A stretch of DNA of 63,325 nucleotides, filler included, from Stramenopiles sp. TOSAG23-3 (GCA_900128585.1; 7 parts of 7 records of this genome joined end to end with filler, not necessarily neighbours in it), one strand, 5' to 3'; positions 51,114 through 63,018 are shown, counted from the first letter of the whole stretch. Notes: generated by a model not told the origin, from the sequence alone. A program made the numbers and translations.

Positions 51114-51652
51114 TGAATGAATTTATTAATGAATAGTCCGCCGTCCCTAAATTATTGTAAATGTTTTTCTTGTATTTTTGTGAACCCTAGGTGATTAAAA
51201 AGAGAAGTAGGATTCTTTACTACACATATTATACCGTATTAATACCTATATAATAATTATATTGTAGTTTAAAACATATTTCAAGTATATAAAAAATAAT
51301 ACATTATTAGTTATGTACTTAAAACACTGTTTAAATAGTCTTTCTAATTTAAAAGGGAGAAGAAGTCAAAATAAAAGAAGGACACTTAACTTTTTTTAAT
51401 TAGAAAAAGAGGGGGGCTTTTAAGTCCATTTAAAATGAGGCTAAATTACATAGGAATAGAAAGGAATAATTGATAAAAAATATGAGAGAATATATGTTCA
51501 CATTTCTATTGGATAATTAAAGGGTGTGTGTGTGTGTGTGGGGGGGGGGGGAAGAGAGAGAAAAGAATTGTTGCAGAGACGACAGAGAGACCATTTGTCT
51601 TCTTGTATATTTGTATTCGACGGTTCTTCTTTTTGTGTACCACAGATTAGCA

Positions 51653-53009
51653 ATGAAGCGTAGAGGATTACTGCTGGCCGCTGCTGCAACGGCATGCTTT
51701 AGTGGTGTTTCTGCAATTGATCCAGGGGAGGGCCATGTTGCTCCGCCAATGGGGGAAAACGCATTGCCATCGACTAGCTTTGTGCCCCATGTAGCAATGG
51801 ATGGTGCAAGGTCAAATGGTAGGCCTCCCCGCGTCGGCCCACGGAAACAGCAAAATTTTGCACCCGACGGCGGGCGGGGCCGCAAAAGAGCCCCCCTCCG
51901 CCGCAGAAGAAGTGCCGGAGAAGCCACATACCCACACGCCCGAAGAAGACGCTAGCAAGCAGAACAAAGCCATGCTGAACAGCAAAGGGGAAGGGGCGGA
52001 AGAGAAGCCCCATGTCCATACCCCGGAAGAGGATGCAAAAGCCGAGAACAAACAAATGCTTCGAGGCGGTGGCGCGGAAGAGAAGCCTGCACTGCTCGAG
52101 CTGGAACCCCCAGTAAGCGACTCCGTCGCACACCCGATGCCCCACAACAATGGGCTTCCCCCCCACTCGTTTATTCCTGGGTCGGGGGCTCACTCGGGCC
52201 TTCCACATTGGCAATCTCACGAGCACCCGCACGCCCAAGGACACCTTGGTGTGCCGCATTTGCCCAGTGCGTCCCACGGGATTACCCACAACTTGAACAA
52301 GAAGAGTGGGCACGGGCATCATGGGGAAAAAGGTAAGGGTGAAAGTGCGGAGGAACAGGAGGAGGATGCAAAAGCCCCCGCCGAAGCTGGCGAAAGCGCC
52401 AATACGGAGAAGCAGGAAAGCGACGAGGCTGAAAAACCGTCGCCCGACAGTAAGGGGGAAGAATCCTTCATTGAGAAAAAGAGCCAAAACCCCGAAGCGG
52501 CAGAGGAGGCGGCGGGGCAGAATGAACGGACAAAGTTGCCGCCACACTACCTTCGCGGCAATGGCATCACCGGCGAGACTGTGATTCCAGGGGCCACGAA
52601 CTTGGAAGTTTCGACCCCCCCGCAAGGCATTCCACCCCCGAACTACATTTCCGGTGCCGGTATTGCTGGTAGTGTTCCCATTATTGGGCACCAGCAAAGC
52701 GGGATACCGCAAAAAGTCACATTTTTAGAGGAACAATCCAAGGACCCAGATGCCATGAAACCCGAGGATGGCGGGCTCACCAACCCACCGGAGGAGCAGT
52801 TTGAGCACCCCCCGAACGGCGGGCTCCCCGCATGGAGCGCCCACGAGCACCCGTACCAAAACGGGTTTGTCCCCGGCAAGCACAACTCGGACATTCATAT
52901 GAACGCGCACTCTGTGTTCGTGCCTCTTTCCTCACACCCTCCTGCGGCGGAGCATGCACATTTGGCCGACAATTTACCCCACAACGGAATGATGCCGGGA
53001 CGATTGTAA
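51653..53009 (+). CDS. Secreted His/Pro/Gly-rich repetitive protein with a +1 frame discontinuity near 51795-51823
   Basis: Signal peptide MKRRGLLLAAAATACFSGVSA in one frame (ATG 51653); 402-aa body in another frame; shared GLP..SF/HEHP repeats on both sides. Confidence 0.7.
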
Positions 53010-53169
53010 CTAAAGCGCCGGTGCCGTTAGATTTGTCACAACCCGTAGTTAGAGTGTTGGTAAATGCAAAATATATTTGTGCTCTAAGTCGTAAATATTA
53101 AATTGTTCTGTAAAAGAAAATTATTTTATAAAGAAGCAGTGCTGAACGAGGCATGTTTAATTTAATAAT

Positions 53170-54822
53170 TTACAAACCCCACGTCTTCTCCCACCATTCC
53201 ACGGGATGGGAAGCGTTTGCTTTTGTTGCAGAAGCTGCAGCATCAATGTATCGTGTGTCTACACCACCCGATTGGTTGAACATAATCGTCAGTTCTGCGA
53301 TCCACTGGCGCTGCGCATTGTTCGTATTTGGGCAGGCGAGAAGGTCCCGGATGGTCTCAAGGACACGGTAAAGGGAATTCGACGGAGACCAATTCTCGAG
53401 TATGTCAATGCACACAGATCCCGTATCGCTCACATTGCAATGGTACACTGGCGTTTCAAATTTGATACTCGGTTTCACCATGGGGTAGCTTTGCGACAGA
53501 CGAATGCTCAAGACAAAAACGCCACCTTCAAATGGTGTGCCCTTCGGTCCTTCGATCAAAGCGTTCATCAAATGCAGGTTGTCCTGGTCCGGATAAATGT
53601 GAATTCCATCTCCTTTTGTATCACGCTTTGCAATGTTCGTCAGTTCCTTCATTACCCTTTTGCTAACTTTTGGTCCGAGTGATTTCGATGTCGCCCCGGC
53701 CAAGACAGCAGACGGAGTCATCACTTTCGCCGAGGCCTGTGGTTTTCTCACGATTGAAGATGCTTTTGTTGTAATTGATTGTGCCTGAATGCTGCCGAAA
53801 CCTCCCGCGGGAGCCTCCCTCATCACGAACGGGGGCTTGTCGTTACCCCCACGCCTAGCCCGAAGACTCACTACGGCTTCGGACTCCATCAATTCGAAAC
53901 CTTCAGCGAGTGTCTTTATCTGGAAAACGTTGCCTTCGGTAGCCGAAACAATCTTCAATAAGTTGTTGTCGGGGCTGTCGCCCACAATTATTGCGTCCAC
54001 AACTGCTCCAATTTTATTTGCCGCATTCAGCGCCTCCATAGGACGGACGCCCTGGTTATTTTGACCGTCAGTAAGGACGAGCACTCGAAGGTCTGTTTCT
54101 GGGGATTGTTGAAACGTTGGTTCAAGCAGCTGACACGCTTCAACAATAGCGCTGTAAATGGATGTGCCTCCTCGCTTCTCCATGTCATCAACAATCGCTT
54201 CAAAGCTATCCAGCGATGTAGTCAGGCCCAACATCGTTTCTATCTGATCGTCAAATTGAATCAAACCTAGCTCGTGTTTTCCTTTTCCCAAAGTTTCCGT
54301 ACGGTCCCTGTACGCGTAAAAGACGTTTTTAACTGCTTCCATCCTTGATCGTCTCTCAACGATTTTGCTGAGCGCGTTGGCGTTTCCATCGTCATTCCAA
54401 GATTTCTGCTCGGAAAACTGTGCCCCCATAGATCCCGAATGGTCAATGCATATCGCGACGCACTCCTGTACACCCAGCGCTTCCTTTTGTTCATCGGGGT
54501 TGCTGATGGTGGAAAATGAATGCCCCGCAGCGGGTGGGGGTGGCGGCGGGGAGCAAACGTCGAGGAGAGCCTGCAGCGCCTTTTTCTTCGGAATTAGCTT
54601 TAAATCAGAAACAGCCTCTTCTGCTATTTCTTTGTCGACAAGTTTTAGGTCTTCCATAGAGGACGCGCCAAGTTTTTCTATTACCTTTAATGCGTCTTCT
54701 GTACCAACAAAGCCAGCAAGGTACTCTTGCGCGTCGGAGGTACGCGTCGGTCCTGGTGCTGAACCTGGAGTGCCCGATGGCGATATGACTTCCCAAGTGG
54801 CGTCGTTCGCTGATGCTGCCAT
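53170..54822 (-). CDS. SAM-like + vWA + ubiquitin-conjugating (E2) fusion protein
   Basis: MIDAS DHSGSM, LVLTDGQ (vWA); KRVMKEL, IEGPKGTPFEGGVF, YHCNVSDTGSVCIDILENWSP (UBC with catalytic Cys). Confidence 0.9.
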   Translation of the reverse strand: MAASANDATWEVISPSGTPGSAPGPTRTSDAQEYLAGFVGTEDALKVIEKLGASSMEDLKLVDKEIAEEAVSDLKLIPKKKALQALLDVCSPPPPPPAAGHSFSTISNPDEQKEALGVQECVAICIDHSGSMGAQFSEQKSWNDDGNANALSKIVERRSRMEAVKNVFYAYRDRTETLGKGKHELGLIQFDDQIETMLGLTTSLDSFEAIVDDMEKRGGTSIYSAIVEACQLLEPTFQQSPETDLRVLVLTDGQNNQGVRPMEALNAANKIGAVVDAIIVGDSPDNNLLKIVSATEGNVFQIKTLAEGFELMESEAVVSLRARRGGNDKPPFVMREAPAGGFGSIQAQSITTKASSIVRKPQASAKVMTPSAVLAGATSKSLGPKVSKRVMKELTNIAKRDTKGDGIHIYPDQDNLHLMNALIEGPKGTPFEGGVFVLSIRLSQSYPMVKPSIKFETPVYHCNVSDTGSVCIDILENWSPSNSLYRVLETIRDLLACPNTNNAQRQWIAELTIMFNQSGGVDTRYIDAAASATKANASHPVEWWEKTWGL

Positions 54823-55502
54823 TTTGTACGCTGTAAAATCTCGTTTCTGAAAAGTTTTGGAACGTTGTATTCTTTGTTAAATATAAACGTTCTGAAAGTT
54901 TTTTTACTGTCGTATTTCTTTATTTTCGTTTGGTATTTTATTTCTTTTGCTCTTTCTTTTCTTCTTTGAATTTTTATTTCGTTTGTTTCTTTTCTCGTAC
55001 TTATATAATATTTATTAATTATTTTAATAATTGATGGGTGGGCTACGGGGTACTACGGGTGCCTACTAGTAGAACAACAAATAATAAATAAAAAAATTAT
55101 TGTATCGTGGTGCGTGATCTCTCCTCATGTGGTGGGTGTCCTCCTTCCTCCTACCTTGTTTTATCATTTTTTTTTCACCTTCTTCTTCTTCTTCTTTTCT
55201 TATTTTATTATCATTTTTTACTAATTATTATTTAATAAATTAATAATAATACTTCAATGGTATTTATATAATAATAATTACGTTTTTTGAATGTGTCTAT
55301 TCGGTACCGGTACTACCTGTATTAATAATACCAGGTGTGCTTTAGTACGGTATTAATACCGGTACCGTACCGTACCTGTGGTACCGTATAATATTATTTC
55401 AGCTCCTCCTCCTTCCTCTCTGCTGTATTGGTATTATATTAAGATGTAAAAAGAAGAAGTTTTTACTTTTACTTCTTTCGTTTTTTATTACTGTTCTTTC
55501 TG

Positions 55503-57519
55503 CTAAGCAGGATTACTACTCCTCGGTTTTGCATAGCGCTTCACGAACTCTTTAAACTTCCTGTCTCTCTTATTGTTCCCCAAATCACCCCCTAACTGAT
55601 AGCAGAAGCACACTCTCTGCAGTATTGCATCCCCTGTGCGAACGCAACGACTGTGTTGCCCGTAGCTATTCGCTCTTGCGACGTTGTCCAAGTTAATATC
55701 GTTCGGGGCCCTCATCGTGGCGGTCCAACGCGCCGCTTTCATCCATTTCGTCAACCCACTGCCACGAAGGCCCAGTTTAAACCTCGCCGTTTGTGTCCTA
55801 TTTTTCAGAAAGGGGTAATTAAAAAAGGTGGCAGTTACGACGAAAAATTTCAAACCCTTTCTGCATGCATAGCCTTCGCTTACGGCACCTTTGTTCCCGT
55901 GGATGTAGTAATTGACCAGTTCTTCCATTATTCCAGCCGCGCGCGATTTAATGACAGCACCGGACGAAGCATGGAAAGCTTTCAAAAATGGCGGAAAGGA
56001 CAGCTTATCGGAGGGCTTCACCTCTTTTTCCATCCGCGTGCAATAGGTATCGGGCACACCATGGTCACGACAGGAATGGTGGCTGGCGTAAGATGCTTCA
56101 AACATGGAAAAGGGGGTGTCCTTGGTGATGCTGTCCGTCATTCGTTTTCGGGCTTGCCGCGTGCTTTTCTGATATTGATTCCTCTTCGCGCTGCCCGACC
56201 TCGGTCTCATGTTTCTGATCGCGTTGTCTTCGTCGAACTCTGGGCCACCACAGAACCAATCGTATGACCGTTTGTTCGTTGTGCTGATGTAGAAACTGCA
56301 AGAATGGACGAGTAAACCCATCAGTTTATGAATGTCTCTGTGGGATGTTAAAGCGCGCTTGGCGTTCTCAACAAACATTTGACTGGCCAATGGGTATTGC
56401 TGCTTGAAGCCCTCTGGGAGGTGCACGAAAGAAAACGGTTGAGACCACGAGCGATGTTTCATGCCATGGTCGCTTTGAACTACAACAAGGTACTTGTCAA
56501 GGGCCCCCAAAGCCTCTAAATACTCCACCGTGTGTTTTAATTCATCAAAGAACACCTTGAATGGGTAGTTTGCGTCGTGAGTTAAACACGAAAGATAGAA
56601 TAAAAATAAATCGCCGTTCGGGTAAAGCTGAACGAGATTTCTGACCCAGGCAAATGCATGGTTTGCACTAGACCCATTCAATCGTTTGTTGCAAAATTTG
56701 TAAAGGTCTACGCCGTCGCGTTCCAGAAGACTGTTCAGCGAAAAATCGACTATTGGTGTATGTGCGAAGCGCAGCCCTCTGCTTGTCCCATCGAACGTAA
56801 ACGTCCCATAATGTTTGCCGCAGTCTTCGGCAAAGGCCGTGACGTACGGAGAAAACTCTGGCGGGCAGCCTCCCGGTCTGCTGCAAGCCCGCAGATTTTG
56901 ACCCGCGAAGAATTTCGCCTTCGTTTCGCTCTTAAAATTATCAAAAATAAACGACAGACCATGGTTGTTTTCCCAAATGTCAGACATGAGGCGGCTATAA
57001 GACCACCCCGTGAGCAGGGGAAGAACATTTGGGAGGCTGTTTGAACCCATGCGATTGAATTGTTCCATCGCAACAAACTGCTTGGACTCCATCCAGTCTT
57101 TCACTGAAATTCCTGGTGCTGCAAACTGCTTCAACATGTACGTTTCGGCAACGTTATCCGACAAGAGCAAAAGGACCCCTGGCCTGTGCATCGTATCAGG
57201 GTCAACGTTCCGAGTCACACGCAAAAACTCGCCTAATCGAATTTGTTTCGGGAGACGTGAACTCCTTGAATGCCCCCACGACGCACGTAGATACTGCTCG
57301 TTCGTTAAGTTTGGGCGCACTTTACTGCACATACCAATTGCATCGTTTCTCACGAAGGTCGGCACGAAAGCAGGGGGAACGCTGGTTTTATTTTCGTGGC
57401 GGTTCGTCGCTCGATACCCGACAATCCTCTTTGGGCGCTTCTGGAAGTAAAAATTGATATTAATTGCCACGTGAAAGCCCACGCACAAAAGAATCAAGCC
57501 AATCAAGCCGAGGAACGAT
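55503..57519 (-). CDS. DUF229-like alkaline-phosphatase/sulfatase superfamily membrane protein, 5'-truncated
   Basis: FNRMGSNSLPNVLPLLTG, YVTAFAED, THD, VVVQSDHG, N...LTSHRDIH, SCRDHGVPDTYC. Confidence 0.75.
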
Positions 57520-57619
57520 NNNNNNNNNNNNNNNNNNNNNNNNNNNNNNNNNNNNNNNNNNNNTTAATTAATTAANNNNNNNNNNNNNNNNNNNNNNNNN
57601 NNNNNNNNNNNNNNNNNNN
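57520..57619. other. Artificial contig linker
   Basis: N44-TTAATTAATTAA-N44. Confidence 0.98.
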
Positions 57620-57620
57620 A

Positions 57621-59381
57621 GAAGTAGATTCCACGAGGGCAGAGAGACTGGCCGCTAGCTTGGAACAGTCAGGTATGATGGGAAATATTTTGGATTCTGC
57701 TTCTGCGAAAAAAATCAAATCCCAAAAAAGCTCTTCGTCTGCAACACAAACCTCAGAATCGGATTTTGCGTCAAATTCAAAAAGTAGGAACGGAATCATC
57801 GAGCAAGATTCCGCCAGCACGAAACGTTCAAAGCGGGTGTCGATGGCGGCAGATGTTTATGGAACAGACACCCCAAAGAACTCTGATGTGGTTCCCGAAA
57901 TAGAAGACCCGGTTGTTGTTCAAGAGATGAATCGCAGAAAAAATAGTGAACAGTCCGGAAATGGAAGGCGGCAAAGAATGAAGCGAAGGCGCGGGACCGT
58001 TTTTAGTAAAAGTAAACGTTCCCTTGGAAATGAAGATCCAATTGGAATGTCTGTTATGCTTTGGGTCCAAAATGGAAAGAGGCGCCCAAAGAAACCAAAA
58101 GTAGTCACCCTGAAAACATTGATGCAAATGATCGACGAATTGATACATGCGAAAACAACACAAGGTTTTCATCTCGACAGCAACGGGCTGCCTATCCACG
58201 AGCCCTTTCCGGAGTTTATCCGTGACTGCTATTTAATTAAATATGGAAAGAATGACAAGGCGCATGTGTTGACATTGAAGAGGATGGAACAACTGGCGGC
58301 TTCAATTGAGTACCACCATGACGCACATCCTCGCGTTCGAAACTTTGCTAGAGCTTGTGGAATAAATACGTGCTGTCGTGGAGGAATTTGTGGGTGCATG
58401 GTTCCGGAACTGGACATATCTGAAGAAGAGACTGGGTCGAAGAAAAAATGGAAAATAAGAAAGAGCATACGGTTCGCCCCAAGCTTTGGCGACATTTATA
58501 TTGAAGGCGTTCTTCAAGGCTTCAAATTAAGCAGAACAGTTACAAATGATGAAGGAGAGGTAGTCAAAGGTACCAGTGCAGAAGGGAAATTTAGTAACGA
58601 GAACTCTTCTAGCGTAGACAACCTTATCAAACTACTCGCAAATGACGGAAAAGAAAGCAAGGCAACTTTAGTCTTTCAATCACGAATGATGAACTTTGCA
58701 GCAGACACTATTCCCGGCTTAAAGGACGATGGGGAAATGATAGAACGAATCAGGAAATCCTTCTCTCATACGACTGGATATAAAATTGACGGGGCTGGAA
58801 AAGAAAAAATCGATCTAGATGCAGCACTAGAAATAATTTTAGGCACAAAAATAGCAGAAGAAAAACAAATGCACATTGCGGAAATGAAAAAGGCGGTGTT
58901 GAAGATTGAAAAGCTCGTAATTGGGAGGCGGGCAAGGCGGCATGCACACTATTTATCAACAAACATAAGGCTTGTACTAGAGAGAGAAGCTCTGAAAGGG
59001 TTGTACACGGCAAATGACTTGGGTGCTGATGGTTGCCATTCACTTTCTGAGTTTTCTGACATGATGGCTGCCATTGACCCCTCTCTATCTCCCTCAAAAA
59101 TAAATGACATTTTTATGGAAGAAGTTCTTTACTTAAAAGAGAAAAAACGACAGTTAGATGGATATGATGACGAAGACGACCAAGAAGAGAAGGCATACGA
59201 GGACAATGACGATGTCGACCTGGCAAGTGAATTTAGTGACAGCGAGGAAAGTGGGGAGCTCAAAGATGGAAGTTCGGGCGAAGACGACTCCATGGCTATT
59301 TCAAGCGAGGCGTTTGTGCAATTGATATGGCGTTTAGGATACATTCTAAATAGCGCAACAAAGAAGTGGAAGAAGGAGTAG
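57621..59381 (+). CDS. 5'-truncated protein with TSNAXIP1-like helical region, IQ-like and EF-hand-like motifs
   Basis: Frame open from the contig edge; LMQMIDELIHAK...FPEFI...YG...HPRVRNFAR; AVLKIEKLVIGRRARR; DLGADGCHSLSEF. Confidence 0.65.
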   Translation, partial: EVDSTRAERLAASLEQSGMMGNILDSASAKKIKSQKSSSSATQTSESDFASNSKSRNGIIEQDSASTKRSKRVSMAADVYGTDTPKNSDVVPEIEDPVVVQEMNRRKNSEQSGNGRRQRMKRRRGTVFSKSKRSLGNEDPIGMSVMLWVQNGKRRPKKPKVVTLKTLMQMIDELIHAKTTQGFHLDSNGLPIHEPFPEFIRDCYLIKYGKNDKAHVLTLKRMEQLAASIEYHHDAHPRVRNFARACGINTCCRGGICGCMVPELDISEEETGSKKKWKIRKSIRFAPSFGDIYIEGVLQGFKLSRTVTNDEGEVVKGTSAEGKFSNENSSSVDNLIKLLANDGKESKATLVFQSRMMNFAADTIPGLKDDGEMIERIRKSFSHTTGYKIDGAGKEKIDLDAALEIILGTKIAEEKQMHIAEMKKAVLKIEKLVIGRRARRHAHYLSTNIRLVLEREALKGLYTANDLGADGCHSLSEFSDMMAAIDPSLSPSKINDIFMEEVLYLKEKKRQLDGYDDEDDQEEKAYEDNDDVDLASEFSDSEESGELKDGSSGEDDSMAISSEAFVQLIWRLGYILNSATKKWKKE

Positions 59382-59455
59382 GCATGCAACAAAGAGGCAA
59401 TTACGCATTTTGGTTTCTTTTGTTAAATTATTATATGAACTACCATTCGTATTCC

Positions 59456-59555
59456 NNNNNNNNNNNNNNNNNNNNNNNNNNNNNNNNNNNNNNNNNNNNT
59501 TAATTAATTAANNNNNNNNNNNNNNNNNNNNNNNNNNNNNNNNNNNNNNNNNNNN
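59456..59555. other. Artificial contig linker
   Basis: N44-TTAATTAATTAA-N44. Confidence 0.98.
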
Positions 59556-60327
59556 TCTCCTCGCCCCACCACGGCGCTTCCATGCTTGCATTCGAGAACG
59601 CAACTGTGTCATCCCCGAAAGATGCGTCCATGTAACCCTCTGCATGATTTTGGGCGTGAAAGCTGAGGCGGGCACAAATGAAGTTCATCAGCGATCCTAT
59701 CGTAACCCTTCCCACACCGTCAGATGCCCCAGGCAACCCCAAAACGCCATCAAGGACGCAGCGCCACATTCGCCATTTCGACCAAGCTGTTTGGTAGGAA
59801 GCGGTTGAACTAATGCAGGCGGTGGAGATGCCCGGAGACCCCCGCGTCCCATGCCTGACCACTTGGTTCATCGACCCGCTGTAACACGTGTCGGTGATCC
59901 AAACGAGCCGCCCTTCTCTCGGGAACGCGTCGAGGACGCAGGAAAGAAACTCCTTCCCAGTTATGTGAGTATCGTACGCGCTCATGCGGTACGTCAATGG
60001 GTCGCCCGAAACTTGAAGGCTGCCGTGGGATCCGTAGAATATTAGAAGGGTGTCCCCAGATGATGACGCGGTGGCCATCTCTTGCGCAGCTGAAAGGACC
60101 ATTTCGCGCGTTCCTTCTGCGTCACGAAGGACTCTCACGTTCTCACGCGGGACGCCGCGCTCGTTGCACAGTGCTTCCGCGAGCGGCACCTCCAAGCGTG
60201 CAGACGCGTCCCACGGAGTGCCGCCGTTTCCTTCGTAAGCGTTAAAGCCGACGAGGAGCGCGCGAAACGACGCTGGATTAGCTCCCATGATACGGGAGTC
60301 GCGCGGACCTTGGGCAAGTGTGGCCAT
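59556..60327 (-). CDS. Caspase-like peptidase (C14/clan CD), 3'-truncated
   Basis: RALLVGFNAY, VRVLRDAEGTR, GDTLLIFYGSHG (His), WITDTCYSG (Cys). Confidence 0.8.
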
Positions 60328-61058
60328 AATAGTGAATGTCACCTGCGAATTCTGCAACGCCCTTTAAGGTCAATTATCAGGAGAAGCTGGCATTTGCTAA
60401 TCAACTTAACAGTTGAAAGTTCCACCCAAAGAAGAGTCCTTACCACCGTCTGGTCCGATTTATAATGGAAAACGAACCCAAGTTCGAAATTGACGGAAAT
60501 CTGAGTCAATTGCTGACAAAATATTTATTTTTTTGTATTTTTTTTTCTAAACTAATATAGTTAGTAGTCCGGTAGAGGGTACCGTAGAGGATAGAGGATA
60601 GAGGAGTGGGAATGAAGGGGGATAATAATTTTAAAATTACATCCCTCCTTTTTTGTTAATGACGAGAATTACTTTGGTAGGTATTAATAAATTAGTATAT
60701 AGAAATAGGCCTCTCATCCCAGGAGGCGTCCCCGAAGAAGAAGGGTCATTTATACACAGAATATAATACAGCTTTCTATAAATAATAAAATAAAAAAAGG
60801 GAGAAAAAAACACGAAAAAAAAACTAATTTTTTTTAAAATAATAAATTGACCCCAAAAAGCGGACCAAATATGTAAATAGCTCTTAGATTTAAGTGGGTA
60901 TTTTGCAAAAAAAGGTCGTGGACAAAAAAAGAGGGAGGTAGTAATACCCCTGCCTGGGAAGAATGAGTAATTTAAAAAAAACAACAACTATATTCTATGA
61001 GTGAGATCCTGAATCTCGTGGCCTAAACTAATTTACGCCAGTGTGACAACATCATGCC

Positions 61059-61390
61059 TCAATGTGGAACTTGAGCCTGGGAATCCCAGAAATCACACTG
61101 AGATTGGTAGAGATATTTCTGGACATCCAGAGGCCAATCCATGTTCATGTTCAGCTCTGTTGTCGAATTGTACTCCGGCCAGTCCAAAAAGGATTCTTCC
61201 TTGCTCCGCTGAGAGACCCCATTCACATCGCCCGTCTTGGCAAGGTTTGACCAGTAGAACTGGAAGGCGCTGTTCATTTTTTTCTCGTCCTCGTTGAAGG
61301 CGTTGAAAGGCAGCTGGTTGCCAAAGACAAAGCTTAACTCACTGCTGTGGTAATTTCCAAGTAGGTCGTACTGGGGGAAGTTTTTCGTCG
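61059..61390 (-). CDS. C-terminal fragment of a type-B carboxylesterase/lipase
   Basis: Open from the contig edge: LGNYHSSELSFVFG (catalytic His), YWSNLAKTGDVN, WPEY, CDFWD. Confidence 0.88.
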
Positions 61391-61490
61391 NNNNNNNNNN
61401 NNNNNNNNNNNNNNNNNNNNNNNNNNNNNNNNNNTTAATTAATTAANNNNNNNNNNNNNNNNNNNNNNNNNNNNNNNNNNNNNNNNNNNN
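61391..61490. other. Artificial contig linker
   Basis: N44-TTAATTAATTAA-N44. Confidence 0.98.
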
Positions 61491-62509
61491 CCTCTGTGAC
61501 CAAGTACAAACTTGGAAACCGTGTAGAAGCTAAGTGTAGCAACTGGACGAAATGGTTCTCAGGGAATATCACACAGGTAAACAGTGATGGGACTTACAAT
61601 ATCAGCTTTGAAGACGGGGACAAGGTCAAGAACATGAATCCAGAGCAAATACGGTTCCCTGCTGAGGCTCCCGCTGCGATATACAAGCATGGTGCCCGCG
61701 TTCAAGCAAAGTGCAGAGGCTGGACGAAACACTTCCCAGGGAACGTAACCAGTGTCAATGAAGACGGTACGTACAACATCTCATTCGAAGACGGCGACAA
61801 GAAAAAGAATGTAAAGGCCAGCGAAATGATTCCAGGAGAAGAAATTAAAAGAGACACCCCGAAAGCGAAAAAGAAGAAGAAGAAGAAGATGACGTATAAA
61901 GTTGGGGATACGGTAGAAGCGAAGGCTACCGGGTGGAAGCAGTACTATCTCGGAAGGGTTGAGGCCGTCGATTGCTATGAAGGGCACTACACCATCAAAT
62001 TCGAAGATGGGGAAGTGAAATCAAACGTAGAAGAATTCCAAGTCCGAAAATTCCTGACAGAAACTTACAAAGTGAGCGATATTGTTGATGTAAAATGCGT
62101 GGGGTGGTCTAAGCACTACCGCGGCGAAATCGTTCTCGTGAACCCTAACAGAAGCTACAACATTAAGTTCGAAGACGGTGAACTTAAGAGAGGTGTTCGC
62201 CCCATTGAAGTTCGAGGGTTAGCATCAGACAAGGAAGTGGAAAGCATGTCTGAAAAAACTGAAGAGAGGCTGAAAGTTTGGTCCAAGGATGAAAAACTGG
62301 TAGGTGATTTCATAAGCAAAGTGATCGATATGGTTGGCGACGAAGATTTCATCCCTTGCCAAGTCTTCCGGGCAATCCTGTCCGAAGACGCTGGGTTCCC
62401 TATGGAGGATGGTGAATTTGCCGAACTAACTTCTAGATTCGGAGACGCGAAGGGGGACAACATCAACTGCGTGGACTTTGTTGAGTATGTGCAGTTAGCC
62501 GGGTCGTAG
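61491..62509 (+). CDS. 5'-truncated protein with four Tudor/Agenet-like repeats and a C-terminal EF-hand pair
   Basis: 4x YK.G..V.AK...W...[FY].G....V...G.Y.I.FEDG; C-terminal FGDAKGDNINCVDFV. Confidence 0.8.
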
Positions 62510-63018
62510 TTCAACTTTAAAAAGAGACGGGGAGAATGGTCTATTATTTTGTAAAAAATGCCACTCAGAGCACGTTGAAGTTGCGCCCGGTCAAGGACTG
62601 TATTTGGTAAACTTAGTAATATAAAAATATTAATTTTATAAAAATGAAATTTTGTATATATGACCGTATTATTGTACATTATATTGAAACACAAAACATG
62701 AAGGAAAATGGAAGACGAATTATTTTTTGGATTTTGTAATACAGTAGTGTAATATATCAGCTGCTATCATCAATAGCTCATATTTATTAGTTTTTTTCTT
62801 CTACTTGATCTGTATTTATTGTTATAGCAATACCCGTAATAATACTGTTACTATTTTCTGATCTGAACCTCGTAAAACACAAAAACAACCGAAATGTTTT
62901 TTTATAACAGGATCACAACATTTAATAACAGGAAGGGACTGTAACTGTTGTGTTCTCTAAAACTGAATAGTCCTAATAATAGACAAATTACATGGTGTGT
63001 TGTGTTCAGTGTCTCTTT

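Noticed and set aside
14325-61490. Apparent gene neighbourhoods and a periodic TTAATTAATTAA motif across N-runs
   Set aside because: These are artificial 100-bp linkers joining length-sorted contigs (14324, 14308, 14295, 14292, 1836, 1835 and 1835 bp), so adjacency across them, e.g. caspase next to the Tudor protein, has no biological meaning
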